From a virus (lineage: Duplodnaviria > Caudoviricetes): 64,000 nt of DNA. Positions 45,195 through 55,847 of this stretch are shown piece after piece. A program made the position numbers and the translations under genes. The first letter of the stretch is position 1. The number at the start of each line of letters is the position of its first letter. The notes beneath the pieces are model-generated. The model searched no databases. It saw only the letters and a program-made list of their open reading frames with translations, and was not told the origin of the DNA. The stretch lies in IMG/VR virus record IMGVR_UViG_3300031949_001696. The stretch is one strand, 5' to 3'.

Positions 45195-45882
45195 ATGATC
45201 ATGAACGCTTCATCCGATTCCGTTGTCGTCGAGGTCCGTGCTGCGGAAGGCGGCAACGATGCCAAGCTCCTCGTACTCGAGCAAGTGAAGATCTACGTGC
45301 GGCTCTGCGGCCGGAGGTCTCTTTGACGTCGAACTCGTAGAGGATCGCCCCGGCATCGCCGTGCTCTGCGTCTCGGGCCGCGGCGCCACGGCGCTGTTCG
45401 CGGGCGAAGCGGGCGGGCACCGATGGCAACGCGTGCCCGAGACTGAGAAGCGCGGTCGTGTACATACGAGCACGATCACCGTCGCCGTGCTCGAAGAGCC
45501 GCGTCACGTCGACCAGACGATCCGGCCCGAGGACGTCGACGTCGAGACGATGCGCGGATCAGGTGCCGGCGGCCAGCACCGAAACAAGACCGACTCGGCC
45601 GTGCGCGCGCGCCACCGGCCGACCGGCATCGAGGTCCGCTGCGAGGCGGAACGATCGCAGCATCGGAATCGTGAGCTGGCGATGCTCGTGCTCTCCGCGC
45701 GTGTCGCGGAGCTGACGCGATCGGCCGTGCAGGGAGCGCGCGACGCTGATCGACGACAGCAGTTAGGATCGGGGATGCGCGGCTGCAAGATAAGAACGAT
45801 TCGTGTGCAGCACGACGTAGTGGTAGACCATCAGACAGGTCGACAGTGGGCGCTGAAACAATACCTTCGCGGCGACTGGTGA
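45195..45882 (+). CDS. Class I peptide chain release factor homologue (RF1-type PxT, GGQ; no domain 1), about 228 aa via +1 frameshift at 45321-45327
   Basis: Frame 0 EVRAAEGG; GGAGG-TCT-CTT-TGA-C; +1 frame EAGGHRWQRVPETEKRGRVHTS and GAGGQHRNKT. Confidence 0.85.
45313..45327 (+). promoter_or_regulatory. prfB-type programmed +1 ribosomal frameshift site
   Basis: Internal SD GGAGG, 3-nt spacer, CTT TGA C. Confidence 0.88.
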
Positions 45883-46799
45883 TGGACGACGATGAGATGG
45901 CGAGTGCTTACCTTTCCGGCGCGTCTCTACCGCAGATCGCAGCTGTCAACGGACGTCCTTACGACTTCGCACGTCGTCACGTATTGCGAGCCGGCGCTAC
46001 GCCGCGGAGTTCCGCGGAAGGTGTCCATCTCGCCAAGCGCGTACAGCAGGACGTTGAGGTGACAGAAGAGCTGACCGAACTGATCGACGGCCTTCTTCTT
46101 GGTGACGGCCATCTAGAAGCTACGCAGTGGAGCGCGCGTCTGACACTTGGACAAACAGCAGCCCATCTTCCATGGCTACAGCAAGTACACGGCATTCTTA
46201 CGCGGAGTGGCGTTGCGTCGACAATACAAGTTCACGGGCGCGCAGGTCAGATGAGCGTGCACGGAAAGCGATTTCGCCGTCGACGATCACGCGCGTTGCG
46301 TACAGCGCGCTATGTGTTTCTGAAAGCAGTGCATGCGCGTTGGTATCCGAATGGCGTAAAGCGGGTACCGCAAGATGTTCGCCTAACGCCGCTTTCGATC
46401 GCGCATTGGTATTTTGGCGACGGTACTGTTGGGTGTCGTGGTTACCACGCAAAATTCTGCACTGATGGGTTCTCGGCGGCTGATGTGCGCAGGCTCATGC
46501 AGGCGCTCACGGAGCGGTTTGCATGGGCGCCTGTTCTTGAGCAACGAAACCGAATCTTACTTTGCAAGACGTGCGATCGAGCTTCTCTCGTCAAAATGCT
46601 ACGAAGCTCACAGGTCCCGCGCTGCTTCCGTCACAAGCTTCGGCTGCGACTTCAAGATCGTAGATTCGTCGTTATAGGAACCAAGGAAGAGCGCCTGCGC
46701 GACTTGCGCCTGCGCGAGCTGAGCTACGGCAGGATCGCGATGGAATTGAAATTGTCGAAGAGTGGCGTCTTCAGCGCCTGTCAGCGTTTAGGCGTTTAG
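45882..46799 (+). CDS. Free-standing LAGLIDADG homing endonuclease
   Basis: LIDGLLLGDG and IAHWYFGDG; HTH-like termini. Confidence 0.85.
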   Translation: MDDDEMASAYLSGASLPQIAAVNGRPYDFARRHVLRAGATPRSSAEGVHLAKRVQQDVEVTEELTELIDGLLLGDGHLEATQWSARLTLGQTAAHLPWLQQVHGILTRSGVASTIQVHGRAGQMSVHGKRFRRRRSRALRTARYVFLKAVHARWYPNGVKRVPQDVRLTPLSIAHWYFGDGTVGCRGYHAKFCTDGFSAADVRRLMQALTERFAWAPVLEQRNRILLCKTCDRASLVKMLRSSQVPRCFRHKLRLRLQDRRFVVIGTKEERLRDLRLRELSYGRIAMELKLSKSGVFSACQRLGV

Positions 46800-47299
46800 G
46801 GATCTGAGTCCACGCGGCGACAAGCGCCATCCGCACGCAAGGAAGCGGCCTGTTGTTTTCATGCAGGCACTCTACCCGGGTTCGCCTCGTCGCAGTCGGT
46901 GAGTGCCAACTGACCGTGGGGCCCCGCGCAGTTGGAGATCTTGCCACGGGTCCGCGGCCCCCGATCACGTCGACGGCCGGACGTGGCGCTACAAGGCGTA
47001 CGCACGCGGCGACTGGTGAGGCTCAGCCGTCTTCCGCTTCACACGTTCGTTTGCGGTCGAGAGACTCGATCGCCGCGATCGCGAGCGCGGCGATCACGAC
47101 CAGCTCGTGCCGATACTCGTCGTCGCCCGCTCCATGCCGCGTGGCGCGGATGCGGTGCTCGTCGAGCAGGCGCAGCCACGTCAGGCGATCGAGACGATCG
47201 TCGGCGGACGCACCGCCCCATTTCTCCGCCGCGCTCTCAAGCTCGGCTTCGACCTGCGCGAGCACATCGGATCTTTTCACGTGTGGCGATGCCCTCGCG

Positions 47300-47773
47300 C
47301 TACTCGACGCCGATCGTCGCGGTTACGACGAACACGTTCCCTGCCATGTTCAGGATGGTGAGCCGCAGGTCGAAGAAGTCGTCTCGCGAGAGCTTCAGCC
47401 CGTCGGTCTTGACCGACTTGAGGCCGGTCGTCTCGCCGGGAACCCACGTGACGACGAAGTCGGGGACCGCGACTCCGTTCTTGAACAACTGGACGGTGAC
47501 TAAACCCGTGCCCGGCACGAGTACGGGCGGGGCGATGTTGACGGCCAGGTCCTTCAGCTTGCCGCGACGGGCGACGGGGTACGACACGACCGCGACCGTG
47601 CTGTCACTGAGGATGACGGGGCCGGCGTCGCCGAGGTACGTCGTCTGCGACGCGAGGAGAACCGGGACGATCCCAGAAAACTTGAGGTAGGAGCTGTTCT
47701 CCTTGTGCTTCTTGTCGCACCCGCATTTGGAGCCGCCGCAACAAGGATCGCAACCGCAACAGGTGGAGCCCAT
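47300..47773 (-). CDS. Beta-rich protein with Cys-rich N-terminus
   Basis: MGSTCCGCDPCCGGSKCGC then beta strands. Confidence 0.55.
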   Translation of the reverse strand: MGSTCCGCDPCCGGSKCGCDKKHKENSSYLKFSGIVPVLLASQTTYLGDAGPVILSDSTVAVVSYPVARRGKLKDLAVNIAPPVLVPGTGLVTVQLFKNGVAVPDFVVTWVPGETTGLKSVKTDGLKLSRDDFFDLRLTILNMAGNVFVVTATIGVE

Positions 47774-48008
47774 ATGGCGATCATGGCGTCTGCCCGTCGA
47801 GAGGACAAGAAATCGGCATTCGCGCCGTGTGAGACCCCAGCTATCCTTTGACGACTAACGGGGTTTTAAGGCGGCATCGGGCCCAGCCATTTGCCCCCGC
47901 GCAGAAATTCGCGCACTAGCTTCGGAGGCGCGAAACCAGGATCTTCGCTGGATCACCACCGGTTCTCCTAAACTTGGCGCGACCACCGGTCGAGCTAGTT
48001 TCGCGTTA

Positions 48009-48986
48009 TCAGCCCCAGCCTGCGATCCCGGTCGACTCCGGCCAGCCGTACCAACTGCCTGCGATTTGAGATCTCCGCATCAGGGCGAACTGGTCGTACA
48101 AAGGAGCGCCGCGGTTCTTCGTGAAGTCGAACGCGGCGATGTACGTGTAGCGATCGGGCTGATCGAGGAGCCAGGAATACTGTGTGTCGAGGTTGTACCG
48201 GTGAGGAAACTCCTGATGGACCAGAGATCCGTCGCGCCGTTCGATGACGAGGACGTATGGTGTCACGGTCTCGTTGAGCGCGCGCTGGGCGAGGTCCGTT
48301 GCGCGCTGGCGCCGCCGCTTGATGTCCTCGTAGATCTGGAGCCAGATCTTGGACATCTCGCGATCTTTTGGATCGTGCATGTCGAGATGTTGGCCGGGCT
48401 TGTACTTCGTGATCGCCCAGAATGTCGCGTTGGTCGTGTTGGTCAGGACGCGGTCGGTCACGGGGCGATGCGGTGGCGCGTAGGCTTCGCGCCTCCGTTC
48501 GGTGAGTTTTTCTCCCGATAGATCGGCGACCAGGCGCGCGTAGCCTTTGTGAGCCCGCTCGGCGAGCTTCGTGCCCGATGCCTCGGCGACTGGGATGAAA
48601 TCGGTCCACGATGCGAGGTGACCACTGTTGATCGTGAGCAGCCAGAGCGAGATCTGGTAGCCGACGACAGGTGCTGCGCGCTGCGATCTGCGATCGATCC
48701 GTCCGTACAGCAGGTAGTTGGCGTTGAGCGCGCGACCGATCTTGGTCAGGCACTCCTTCCGATCGTCCGGACAGTTGTGCATTACCTTCTGGTCGAGTAG
48801 TTCCTTGTCGCTGTTCGGCGCGATCGCGTACGGCCCGTTGGCCGCGCGTGAACGTAGAGCAGCTGTCAGCTCTCGTGCGATTCGCAATGATGCCAGATCG
48901 ATCGCTCCCACAACCTCAAGGCCGAGGATCGCGATCGTCGCCGCGGCGCGCGGATCTTGACCGACGTAGTAGTAGGGGGGAAGCAT
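48009..48986 (-). CDS. Hypothetical protein; N-terminal domain resembles myxobacterial C...C alpha/beta domains
   Basis: IAILGLE, C....ECL..IGR.L.A.YLLYG. Confidence 0.5.
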   Translation of the reverse strand: MLPPYYYVGQDPRAAATIAILGLEVVGAIDLASLRIARELTAALRSRAANGPYAIAPNSDKELLDQKVMHNCPDDRKECLTKIGRALNANYLLYGRIDRRSQRAAPVVGYQISLWLLTINSGHLASWTDFIPVAEASGTKLAERAHKGYARLVADLSGEKLTERRREAYAPPHRPVTDRVLTNTTNATFWAITKYKPGQHLDMHDPKDREMSKIWLQIYEDIKRRRQRATDLAQRALNETVTPYVLVIERRDGSLVHQEFPHRYNLDTQYSWLLDQPDRYTYIAAFDFTKNRGAPLYDQFALMRRSQIAGSWYGWPESTGIAGWG

Positions 48987-49059
48987 CGGATCTCCGTTTT
49001 GGAGCAGCTACGAGGATAGCATTCGCGCGGGGGCCGACGCGAGATAGTCGCGGGACTGG

Positions 49060-49836
49060 CTACTCGAGCTCGTGCGCAAAGAGGACGATACCCTGCCCCG
49101 CATCGTTGTATTCGCGCGCCCGGCGTTTCATGGCGTTCCAGATCGCGTTCGACAGCTTCGCGTCGTAGCCGGTTCCGAAGCCTTTGGGAGGATCGACATG
49201 GACTCCCTCGTCGAACCAGCCAACGCCGTGACCGAGCGACTGCATCGCTCCATAGTACCCGGCGAGTTCCGCGGAGAACTTGGCGGCGATCTCGTTCAGC
49301 TCCGCATCCGTGAGTTTCTTCTTCGCAGCCGTGGTGAACTTCTTGCCGACCGCACGAGCCGCTGCCGGTGGATCTGGCAGGACGTTTTCCCACGAGCCTC
49401 CGGCGCGCGGCGACAGCGCTCGTCGAGCATCGTCAGATTCGAGGTTCTCGACTTCGGTGGCGTAGCCATCGCCCCAGAACGCGTTCGTCGCCCCTTCGGT
49501 GAAGGAATCCCAGTCGTAGCTGTGCGTGCTTACCAGGCCTGCTTGCTTGTCGAAGACGATGCGTACGGACTTTGGCACCTTGCGGATGGCCTTCGAGAAG
49601 TCGTCCGGCATCTCCGCAGATCCGTGCTCTTTGCGGATGTCGCGCACGAGTGCCGCGGCCGTCGCCGGATCGTGTTCGAGAAGCGCGTCCCTCGCGACGT
49701 CCCACGATGCTTCTGCCGGAACCGTCGCGACCATCGTGGCGTGGTGGCGCTGTCGCGGTTGGCGTCGTCGTTCGAGCGCCTGGGCAATCTCTTTGTCGAG
49801 CTGGGCTCGCGACTTTCTTTGAGAGCTGCGCTTCAC
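49060..49836 (-). CDS. Hypothetical protein with N-terminal AQLDKEIAQAL tag
   Basis: RKSRAQLDKEIAQAL..HHATM; GHGVGWFD. Confidence 0.6.
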   Translation of the reverse strand: MKRSSQRKSRAQLDKEIAQALERRRQPRQRHHATMVATVPAEASWDVARDALLEHDPATAAALVRDIRKEHGSAEMPDDFSKAIRKVPKSVRIVFDKQAGLVSTHSYDWDSFTEGATNAFWGDGYATEVENLESDDARRALSPRAGGSWENVLPDPPAAARAVGKKFTTAAKKKLTDAELNEIAAKFSAELAGYYGAMQSLGHGVGWFDEGVHVDPPKGFGTGYDAKLSNAIWNAMKRRAREYNDAGQGIVLFAHELE

Positions 49837-50385
49837 GGTTAGTTCCTTGCCTGTCCGGTTAGAGTCATGTTCGCCACTTGTTCCAAATAGCTAGCGCTTC
49901 CGGTGTTTGCGGGGGCACATCTTCGGCTGGGCAGTCTAGATCGTGTGCGCCGAATGCTTCGACGTAAGGCGTGTCGCCATCGCCGTCGCCGGGGGCGGTA
50001 CCGCAAGTGCAGGCCGGAATCACGTGAGCTTCCTCGCCGAATGGCGAGCGAAGCGCAGTCTCGATGTCGTCCGTTATGTCGTCCGTTATTCCGACGTCGG
50101 GCGCCTTGGGTGTCAACCGGATAAGCATGGTTAGTTCCGTTCCCGAGGCGAGGGCTTTTTGTTTGTGCCGACGATCGCCCCGACGGCTACGCTGACGACG
50201 AAGACTCCGATCAAGAAGATCCAGTTCATGCGACATGTTTCTTCCGCGATCGCCCGCAGAGGAAGCACCCCGTGTACGCGCGATCACCGCTCGCATACGG
50301 GGTGTCACCGGCGCTGAGGTAGGCGTGATCGAGGACCACGGCGCGAGGGTCAGCCTTCTTGGACGTGTCCTTCTCGCGCTGCACG

Positions 50386-50934
50386 CTAGTTTCCTTCCTC
50401 GGCGCGACGATCGCGTTCCTGTCGCGCGATGTCGAGAGCTGTTTCGAGCCCCGTGTCGCAGAGCGTGCCGAACAGATCGGTGAGGTGCTCGCGGAGCTCT
50501 GCGTGATACGTGTCGTTGTGCTCGACGTGCTGAGGCGTCACGACGAAGCCTTGCTCTGGTTCGATGACCGTAGGCTGCTCGACGACGATCGTAGTCCGTG
50601 CGGGCTGCGCGCTAGGAGCAACGCGCTTGATGAGCGCGCTCAGCTCTTCGCCGATCTCGGCGATCGCGTCGTTGGCGACCGCGATCCGAAGGCGCAGGGT
50701 CTTGCCGCGGCGGATCTCGAAGTGAGTGAGGCGGCCCCGCGGACCGCGGGGCTTCTTGCGCGAAGGGGGCACGACTCCGCCTTTATACTCGTCGTAGGGA
50801 CGTGTCTCCTTCGAACCTCGGAGAGACTCCGGGGCCCTACTCCGAAGAGACTCCGGGGCCCTACTCCGAAGAGACTCCGGTGCCCTACCCCGAAGAGACT
50901 CCTGCGCCCTGCCTCGAAGAGACTTGCGCGTCAT
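50386..50934 (-). CDS. Basic protein with ESLRxRAP octapeptide repeats
   Basis: 24-bp tandem repeats at about 50815-50930; GGAG RBS. Confidence 0.5.
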   Translation of the reverse strand: MTRKSLRGRAQESLRGRAPESLRSRAPESLRSRAPESLRGSKETRPYDEYKGGVVPPSRKKPRGPRGRLTHFEIRRGKTLRLRIAVANDAIAEIGEELSALIKRVAPSAQPARTTIVVEQPTVIEPEQGFVVTPQHVEHNDTYHAELREHLTDLFGTLCDTGLETALDIARQERDRRAEEGN

Positions 50935-51185
50935 CGACGTCTCCCGCCGCCGCGCTGGATGCCGAGTAGCTCGTAGATGTAGCCGCGCGTGAGACCCGAG
51001 TTGGCCGCCGGCCAGCCATACCGCGCGCGCCAGTCGTCGATCGTCTTCAGGATGCCGGGGTAGCGCTTGTCCTTCACGAGTTTCATCGCCTCGGGAAGTG
51101 TCAGACCAAACTTCGTCATGTCGAACTTCGCGGCCAGCCGGAAGTCGGCTTCGGTGAGGACGTCGCCCATCTCGTTTCGCTTCAT
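50931..51185 (-). CDS. Hypothetical protein
   Basis: ATGA overlaps at both ends. Confidence 0.5.
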   Translation of the reverse strand: MKRNEMGDVLTEADFRLAAKFDMTKFGLTLPEAMKLVKDKRYPGILKTIDDWRARYGWPAANSGLTRGYIYELLGIQRGGGRRR

Positions 51186-51691
51186 CGGTACTTCCAGAGG
51201 TCTGCCAGGTCGGTCGTCGCGCCGACGCCCTTGTAGCCTTCGATCGATCGGATCTTCGCACGATCACCCTCGATCGCAACGACGACGAAGGTGCCTCCGT
51301 AGCCGTCTTTGTAGCGGACGAGGTCTCCCACCTGGATCTTTGTGCTGCGCCCCGCGATCGACTTCTTCATCGTCGCGTGCGCGCGCGATGTCGGCGAGGA
51401 TTTCTTTGAGCGCGGCGACCGACGAATCAAGAAGCCCGTCAGGTCCTCGTCGTACTCCGCCTCGTCGCTGATTCCGCCGATCTCGTGATCGGCGAACGCG
51501 AGCGCGCTCGACGCGACTTCGTCGTACGCCTTGGGCGAATCGTACGCGATGCCGGGCCCGAAGCCGGCATACGCGGGATTCACGATGCCTCGCCACAGGA
51601 GCTTGCCGCCACGGCTCACGGCTGTGCGGTAGTGGTTCCTGTCGTCGTAGACGATGCTGATCTGGAGGCTGCCTGAGTAACGCTTGGCCAT
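51182..51691 (-). CDS. Two-domain hypothetical protein (C-terminal SH3/KOW-like) joined by a HATMKK linker
   Basis: IQVGDLVRY. Confidence 0.55.
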   Translation of the reverse strand: MAKRYSGSLQISIVYDDRNHYRTAVSRGGKLLWRGIVNPAYAGFGPGIAYDSPKAYDEVASSALAFADHEIGGISDEAEYDEDLTGFLIRRSPRSKKSSPTSRAHATMKKSIAGRSTKIQVGDLVRYKDGYGGTFVVVAIEGDRAKIRSIEGYKGVGATTDLADLWKYR

Positions 51692-52685
51692 TGCTTGGAT
51701 CCTATCGGTGCGTACCCCAGCCGGCGAACTTCTTTACAAGCTTTCGCTCTCGGTGCAGCTCTCATGCGCGATCTGGAAGTCGCGCTTCCAGGCGTAGAGC
51801 TTGGCGTCGAAGTCGGGAGGCGCATGGCTCGCGAGCGCGTCACCGCGCGTCCCTCGGTGGTATGCGATCACCATCGCGGCCGGCATCTCCAGCACGTCCT
51901 CCGCGCCGCAGCGCGTGCACTTCTGGAGTAGCTTCGCGCCGCCGTTGAGCGGCTTGGTGCCGATCCACCGCGCCGCCGGTGATCGTCCCAGCTCCTCCGC
52001 CGCTCGAGTAGCTTCGTCGCGGTTCATTGCGCCACTAGATCCGCGAGCGTGTCGCGCAGGTTCCACAGCGCGCGCAGAGCGCGGCGGCGCGGCGGCCAGT
52101 CCTTCAAGAGGTAGCGCCGCGGCGTCAGCGCGTCGTGGTGGTGCTTCGTGCGGCTCACGGTGGGCTCTCGCTCACGTGGCGTGGCGGTACGGTCGGGCAG
52201 CTCGCACGGATCTCCTTGAGCTGTTGCTCGATCCCCTCCAGCGCGTGGGCCTGTCGGTAGCTGAACGATTGTCCGACACACGACATGACCGACGCTCCGA
52301 GGCCGATGCCGGCGATCAGTCCCGCGATGAGGAGCTTCTTTCGCAGGGTGCTCTTGCTTGATGGAGGTTCGGGCAACGGCATCCCGGAGGCCACGAGCAG
52401 CCGCTCGAAATCCTCGGGGGATATGTCCGGCGCGACCTGTGGTGGTCCTTGCGACGCGTCGCTCACGCGCGGACTTCCTTGGCGATGCGCTCCCAGCGGC
52501 GGAGCAGATCGTCCGACGAGGTAAGGCGCTTCTGAAGATCGCGCGCGACGAAGTCGGTGGACGCGGGATGCTTGGCAGTACGGGACGCATGGTCGGTCGC
52601 GGGGTTCACGGGGGCATCCTACCTGACGGAATCGACGACCGACTAGTGAAGAGAGATCTCCCCCGTCGCGATAAGCTCTCGGCGC

Positions 52686-53045
52686 ATGAGCGCCTGGAGC
52701 AAGATCGACGAGCTTTGCCGTAGCGTGGCCGACCGTCCCGTCATCGAGATCGAGGCCGGTCCGATCAAGACGGTCAAGGACGCGCAGGCCGCTCTCAAGG
52801 ACATCGACTTCAAGCCGGATCGTCGCGTCGTCATGGGCTGGGAGATCCTTTTGTCGCGGCGCAAGCAAGATGGCGTCGTGCTCTGGCACTTCTCGGCCAA
52901 GCTTCATCCGCACGGCAGATCGTCGACGGAGAACGACTGGAAGGTCCTCGGCAAGATCGCCGCCCGCGTCAAAGCTCCTCGTGATCCGGTGCTCACACCA
53001 GAGGATCCGAGCGCGGTGATCCACTGGTCGTGGACCGAGCAGTGA
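52686..53045 (+). CDS. Hypothetical protein
   Basis: ORF track. Confidence 0.45.
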   Translation: MSAWSKIDELCRSVADRPVIEIEAGPIKTVKDAQAALKDIDFKPDRRVVMGWEILLSRRKQDGVVLWHFSAKLHPHGRSSTENDWKVLGKIAARVKAPRDPVLTPEDPSAVIHWSWTEQ

Positions 53046-53049
53046 TGCC

Positions 53050-53403
53050 ATGCGCGCCGTCGATCAGACGACCTACGGATCCGCCGATGGCAACTGTTTC
53101 AGCGCGTGCGTCGCGTCGATCCTGGAGATTCCGCTCGAAGAGGTCCCGCGTTTTATGGGTGTCAGCTGGCCGTTTTTGCGATGGCTCGCGGACCGCGGCT
53201 TGTCGGCGTCGCGCTACAAGCGTGTCGACTACGTACCGTTGGGCTACTCGATCGCGACTGGGTCTTCGATGCGCTTTGCGGGCAAGATGCACGCGTGCGT
53301 CGCGCTCGATGGAATCGTCGTCCATGATCCACATCCCAGCCGCGAGGGTCTTCCCTTCGGTGTCGTGGACTACATCGTGATCCACGAATTCCGCGGCCTC
53401 TGA
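53050..53403 (+). CDS. Phage protein with papain-like Cys/His/Asp pattern
   Basis: GNCFSACVASIL, HACV, HDPHP. Confidence 0.55.
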   Translation: MRAVDQTTYGSADGNCFSACVASILEIPLEEVPRFMGVSWPFLRWLADRGLSASRYKRVDYVPLGYSIATGSSMRFAGKMHACVALDGIVVHDPHPSREGLPFGVVDYIVIHEFRGL

Positions 53404-53501
53404 CCCGTCGACCCGTCGGGGCCGTCGGGGATCGGCATAACTGCACGTCGGCGAGAGGAAGGGACTGCTCGCGGCCAGGCTTCTTGAGGTAAACCTGCGG
53501 C

Positions 53502-54059
53502 ATGCAGATGCGGATGACCGACGTCGATCACCTGGCCACGTCTACCGACATGGTGGATGTCTTGAAGCAGCTCACGAAGATCATGCGCGACGTCGAGTCG
53601 CTGCCCGACAACGCGCAAACGCGCTTCTGGGACGACACGCAGCAAGATATCGGCGAGGTTTCTGTCGAGGATCTTCGCGTCGGTCAAATGAGCACGCGCT
53701 CGGTCACCGTGCTCTACAACATCCTCGCCAACATGTGCGGCCCCAAGCTCGCCGAGATGGTGAACGGACAGATCACCGAATACTACGAGCGCATGCTGGA
53801 GCAGCTGAAGACGGTCTCCCAGTGGGACACGTTCCTCGACGAGCAGTTCGAGGAGGCCAAGAGTGCGGGACGTGAAGAAAGCCTCGTGGCAGAGGTGACG
53901 CTACACGGTGCCCGTACAATCGGACAGGGCACCGTGCGACGTGTCGGCGGCAACTCGAAGCTCCTGACGTTGACGACGCCGGATCGTACGGTGCGTCACT
54001 TCTCGAGCAAGGATGTCAGCATGATGGTGATCACGCCGACAGCGGACGCGACGCTCTGA
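53502..54059 (+). CDS. Hypothetical protein
   Basis: ORF track. Confidence 0.5.
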   Translation: MQMRMTDVDHLATSTDMVDVLKQLTKIMRDVESLPDNAQTRFWDDTQQDIGEVSVEDLRVGQMSTRSVTVLYNILANMCGPKLAEMVNGQITEYYERMLEQLKTVSQWDTFLDEQFEEAKSAGREESLVAEVTLHGARTIGQGTVRRVGGNSKLLTLTTPDRTVRHFSSKDVSMMVITPTADATL

Positions 54060-54122
54060 TCGTCCTGATCACGTGGCGCCGCAGATCGTTCGCGGTGCAA
54101 CACCGGTGTTGGATGTAAGCTG

Positions 54123-54506
54123 TTGCACGTGTCGAGGCGCTACGTCGCGGTGATCATCGAAGACGCACATGGACGCGTGCTGCTTCTCCTACGCGGACCT
54201 ACGGCGCCGTGGATGCCGAACCGCTGGAACTTGCCCGGCGGCGGAGTCGAGCACGGCGAATCGACCTTCGATGCCGCGCGGCGTGAGACGCTCGAAGAGA
54301 CGGCGCTGCGCGTTTATTCGCTCTCGCCGATCACGCGGATCGGCGAGCTCGACGTGTTCCGCGCCGATGATTGGGAAGGCCGCGTGCGCCTGGTCGACCG
54401 CGAGCACACGCGTTCGGCGTGGGTGCCCAGAGAGATCGCGTGGACGTGGGACCTGATCCCGCCGCAGCGCGAAGCGTTGCGCTACTACGCGCGCGCCTCA
54501 GCGTAG
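54123..54506 (+). CDS. NUDIX hydrolase
   Basis: Nudix box [21 protein letters not shown]. Confidence 0.85.
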   Translation: MHVSRRYVAVIIEDAHGRVLLLLRGPTAPWMPNRWNLPGGGVEHGESTFDAARRETLEETALRVYSLSPITRIGELDVFRADDWEGRVRLVDREHTRSAWVPREIAWTWDLIPPQREALRYYARASA

Positions 54507-54938
54507 CGTCTTGAGCGCCGCGGCGACGGTCTTGACGCGGTGCTGCTTCTCGACGCTCGGGACTAGCTCTTTCAGGCGCTCTCCGTTACTGCCCTGGAGG
54601 ATCAGATCGACGGCCACGCGCTCTGCGTCTTCTAGTTGATCGAGCAGGTCGCGCGGCGGCTTGGTGAAGCGGACGGCTTCGTACGAGTACCAGATCGCGC
54701 CGCTCCGACCGTCTGACGTCCGCGAGACGAGGAAGGCGACCTCGCCGGGTTCGGACGGGCGCTCCTTGTCGAAGAAGTGCATGCCACCGGACGTGTTCAC
54801 GCCGACGACGTAGCCGAAGCGTTTGCCGCGTGTGTTGTCTCCTCGCGTCTTGAACAAGATCTCGACGCGCTTGCCGGGCTTGGTCCAGCTCGTCGTTCCA
54901 GGCGCCTTAGACATCTCGCGTACGGAGGGTCCGCTCAT
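54498..54938 (-). CDS. Hypothetical protein
   Basis: ORF track, overlaps with neighbours. Confidence 0.45.
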   Translation of the reverse strand: MSGPSVREMSKAPGTTSWTKPGKRVEILFKTRGDNTRGKRFGYVVGVNTSGGMHFFDKERPSEPGEVAFLVSRTSDGRSGAIWYSYEAVRFTKPPRDLLDQLEDAERVAVDLILQGSNGERLKELVPSVEKQHRVKTVAAALKTLR

Positions 54939-55397
54939 AGGGGTACCAAGCTCGTCGCGTCGAGCCAGCCGCTCACGTCGCGTTGGCTCCGCAAGTGTGC
55001 TCGCCAGTACGGATTGCCACGCGTCCCGAGGTTCTTGACCTCGTCGACGATCAGCGTCGCATCTTTGTAGAAGGGCGGCATGCGGAAGTCGGATACGACG
55101 ACGTCGCCGGGCGAGAGTGGCGGTATTCCACGAGGTCCACGAGGCACGGCTCTTGGACTTTAGCCTCGCATAGCCAGTTTCTTGAAGCCACTTCCCGCGA
55201 TCAGCTACGCTAGATCCATGCTCAAGCGCACCCAGATCATCGTGCCGATGGGCGCGTGTCCCTACAATCCGCCCGTCATTCCGACGAGCACCGTTGTTCT
55301 CTTGAGCATCGATACGGGGCCGCTGCCGATCTGCCAGGCGCTGCCGTGCTTCTCGGGTCGGCGACGGCGATGCCGGTAGATCTGATAGGCTGACCTC

Positions 55398-55847
55398 GTG
55401 ACCAAGTCCACCAAGCAGCTTGAGGATGACATCGCGGAGTCACTCGCAACCGCGAAGGCTCGCGAGATCTCAGAGCGGCGCATCGCGGCCCTGATCGCGA
55501 AGGGGGAAGACGTTCGCAATACGCCGGCGTGGCGCGACGCGATGTCCGAAAGCCGGATGATTCGCTTTCGATCGGGACCAACTCGGCCCGGTATTGACCG
55601 CTCCAAGCACACGCGTGTCGACATCCGCTGGTACGCGATCCCCAACGAGAACAAGGCATCTGGCGGGTTCCTCCCCGTGATCGAAGAGGACGGCAAGGTC
55701 CGCGGCGATACGTGGTCTGGCCGCGGTTACGGCAAGGCCGAAGCCGAAGCGATGGCAGAAGCGAAGGCTCACGAAGCCGCATCGCGGTTCACTGGAGATT
55801 GGAACGTTACCGTCAGGAAGGGCCGAGCCAAGGAGCACGCCCGGTGA
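55398..55847 (+). CDS. Hypothetical protein with N-terminal KQLEDDIAESL tag
   Basis: TAGGCT 6 nt before GTG. Confidence 0.55.
   Translation: MTKSTKQLEDDIAESLATAKAREISERRIAALIAKGEDVRNTPAWRDAMSESRMIRFRSGPTRPGIDRSKHTRVDIRWYAIPNENKASGGFLPVIEEDGKVRGDTWSGRGYGKAEAEAMAEAKAHEAASRFTGDWNVTVRKGRAKEHAR

Noticed and set aside
45361-45882. Stand-alone 173-aa ArfB/PrfH-like ORF as given in the ORF track
   Set aside because: The upstream frame supplies the conserved EVRAAEGG segment through a canonical frameshift site, so the gene starts at 45195.
47830-47990. Possible ncRNA in the intergenic gap
   Set aside because: Some hairpins are present, but no recognisable family or repeat supports a call.
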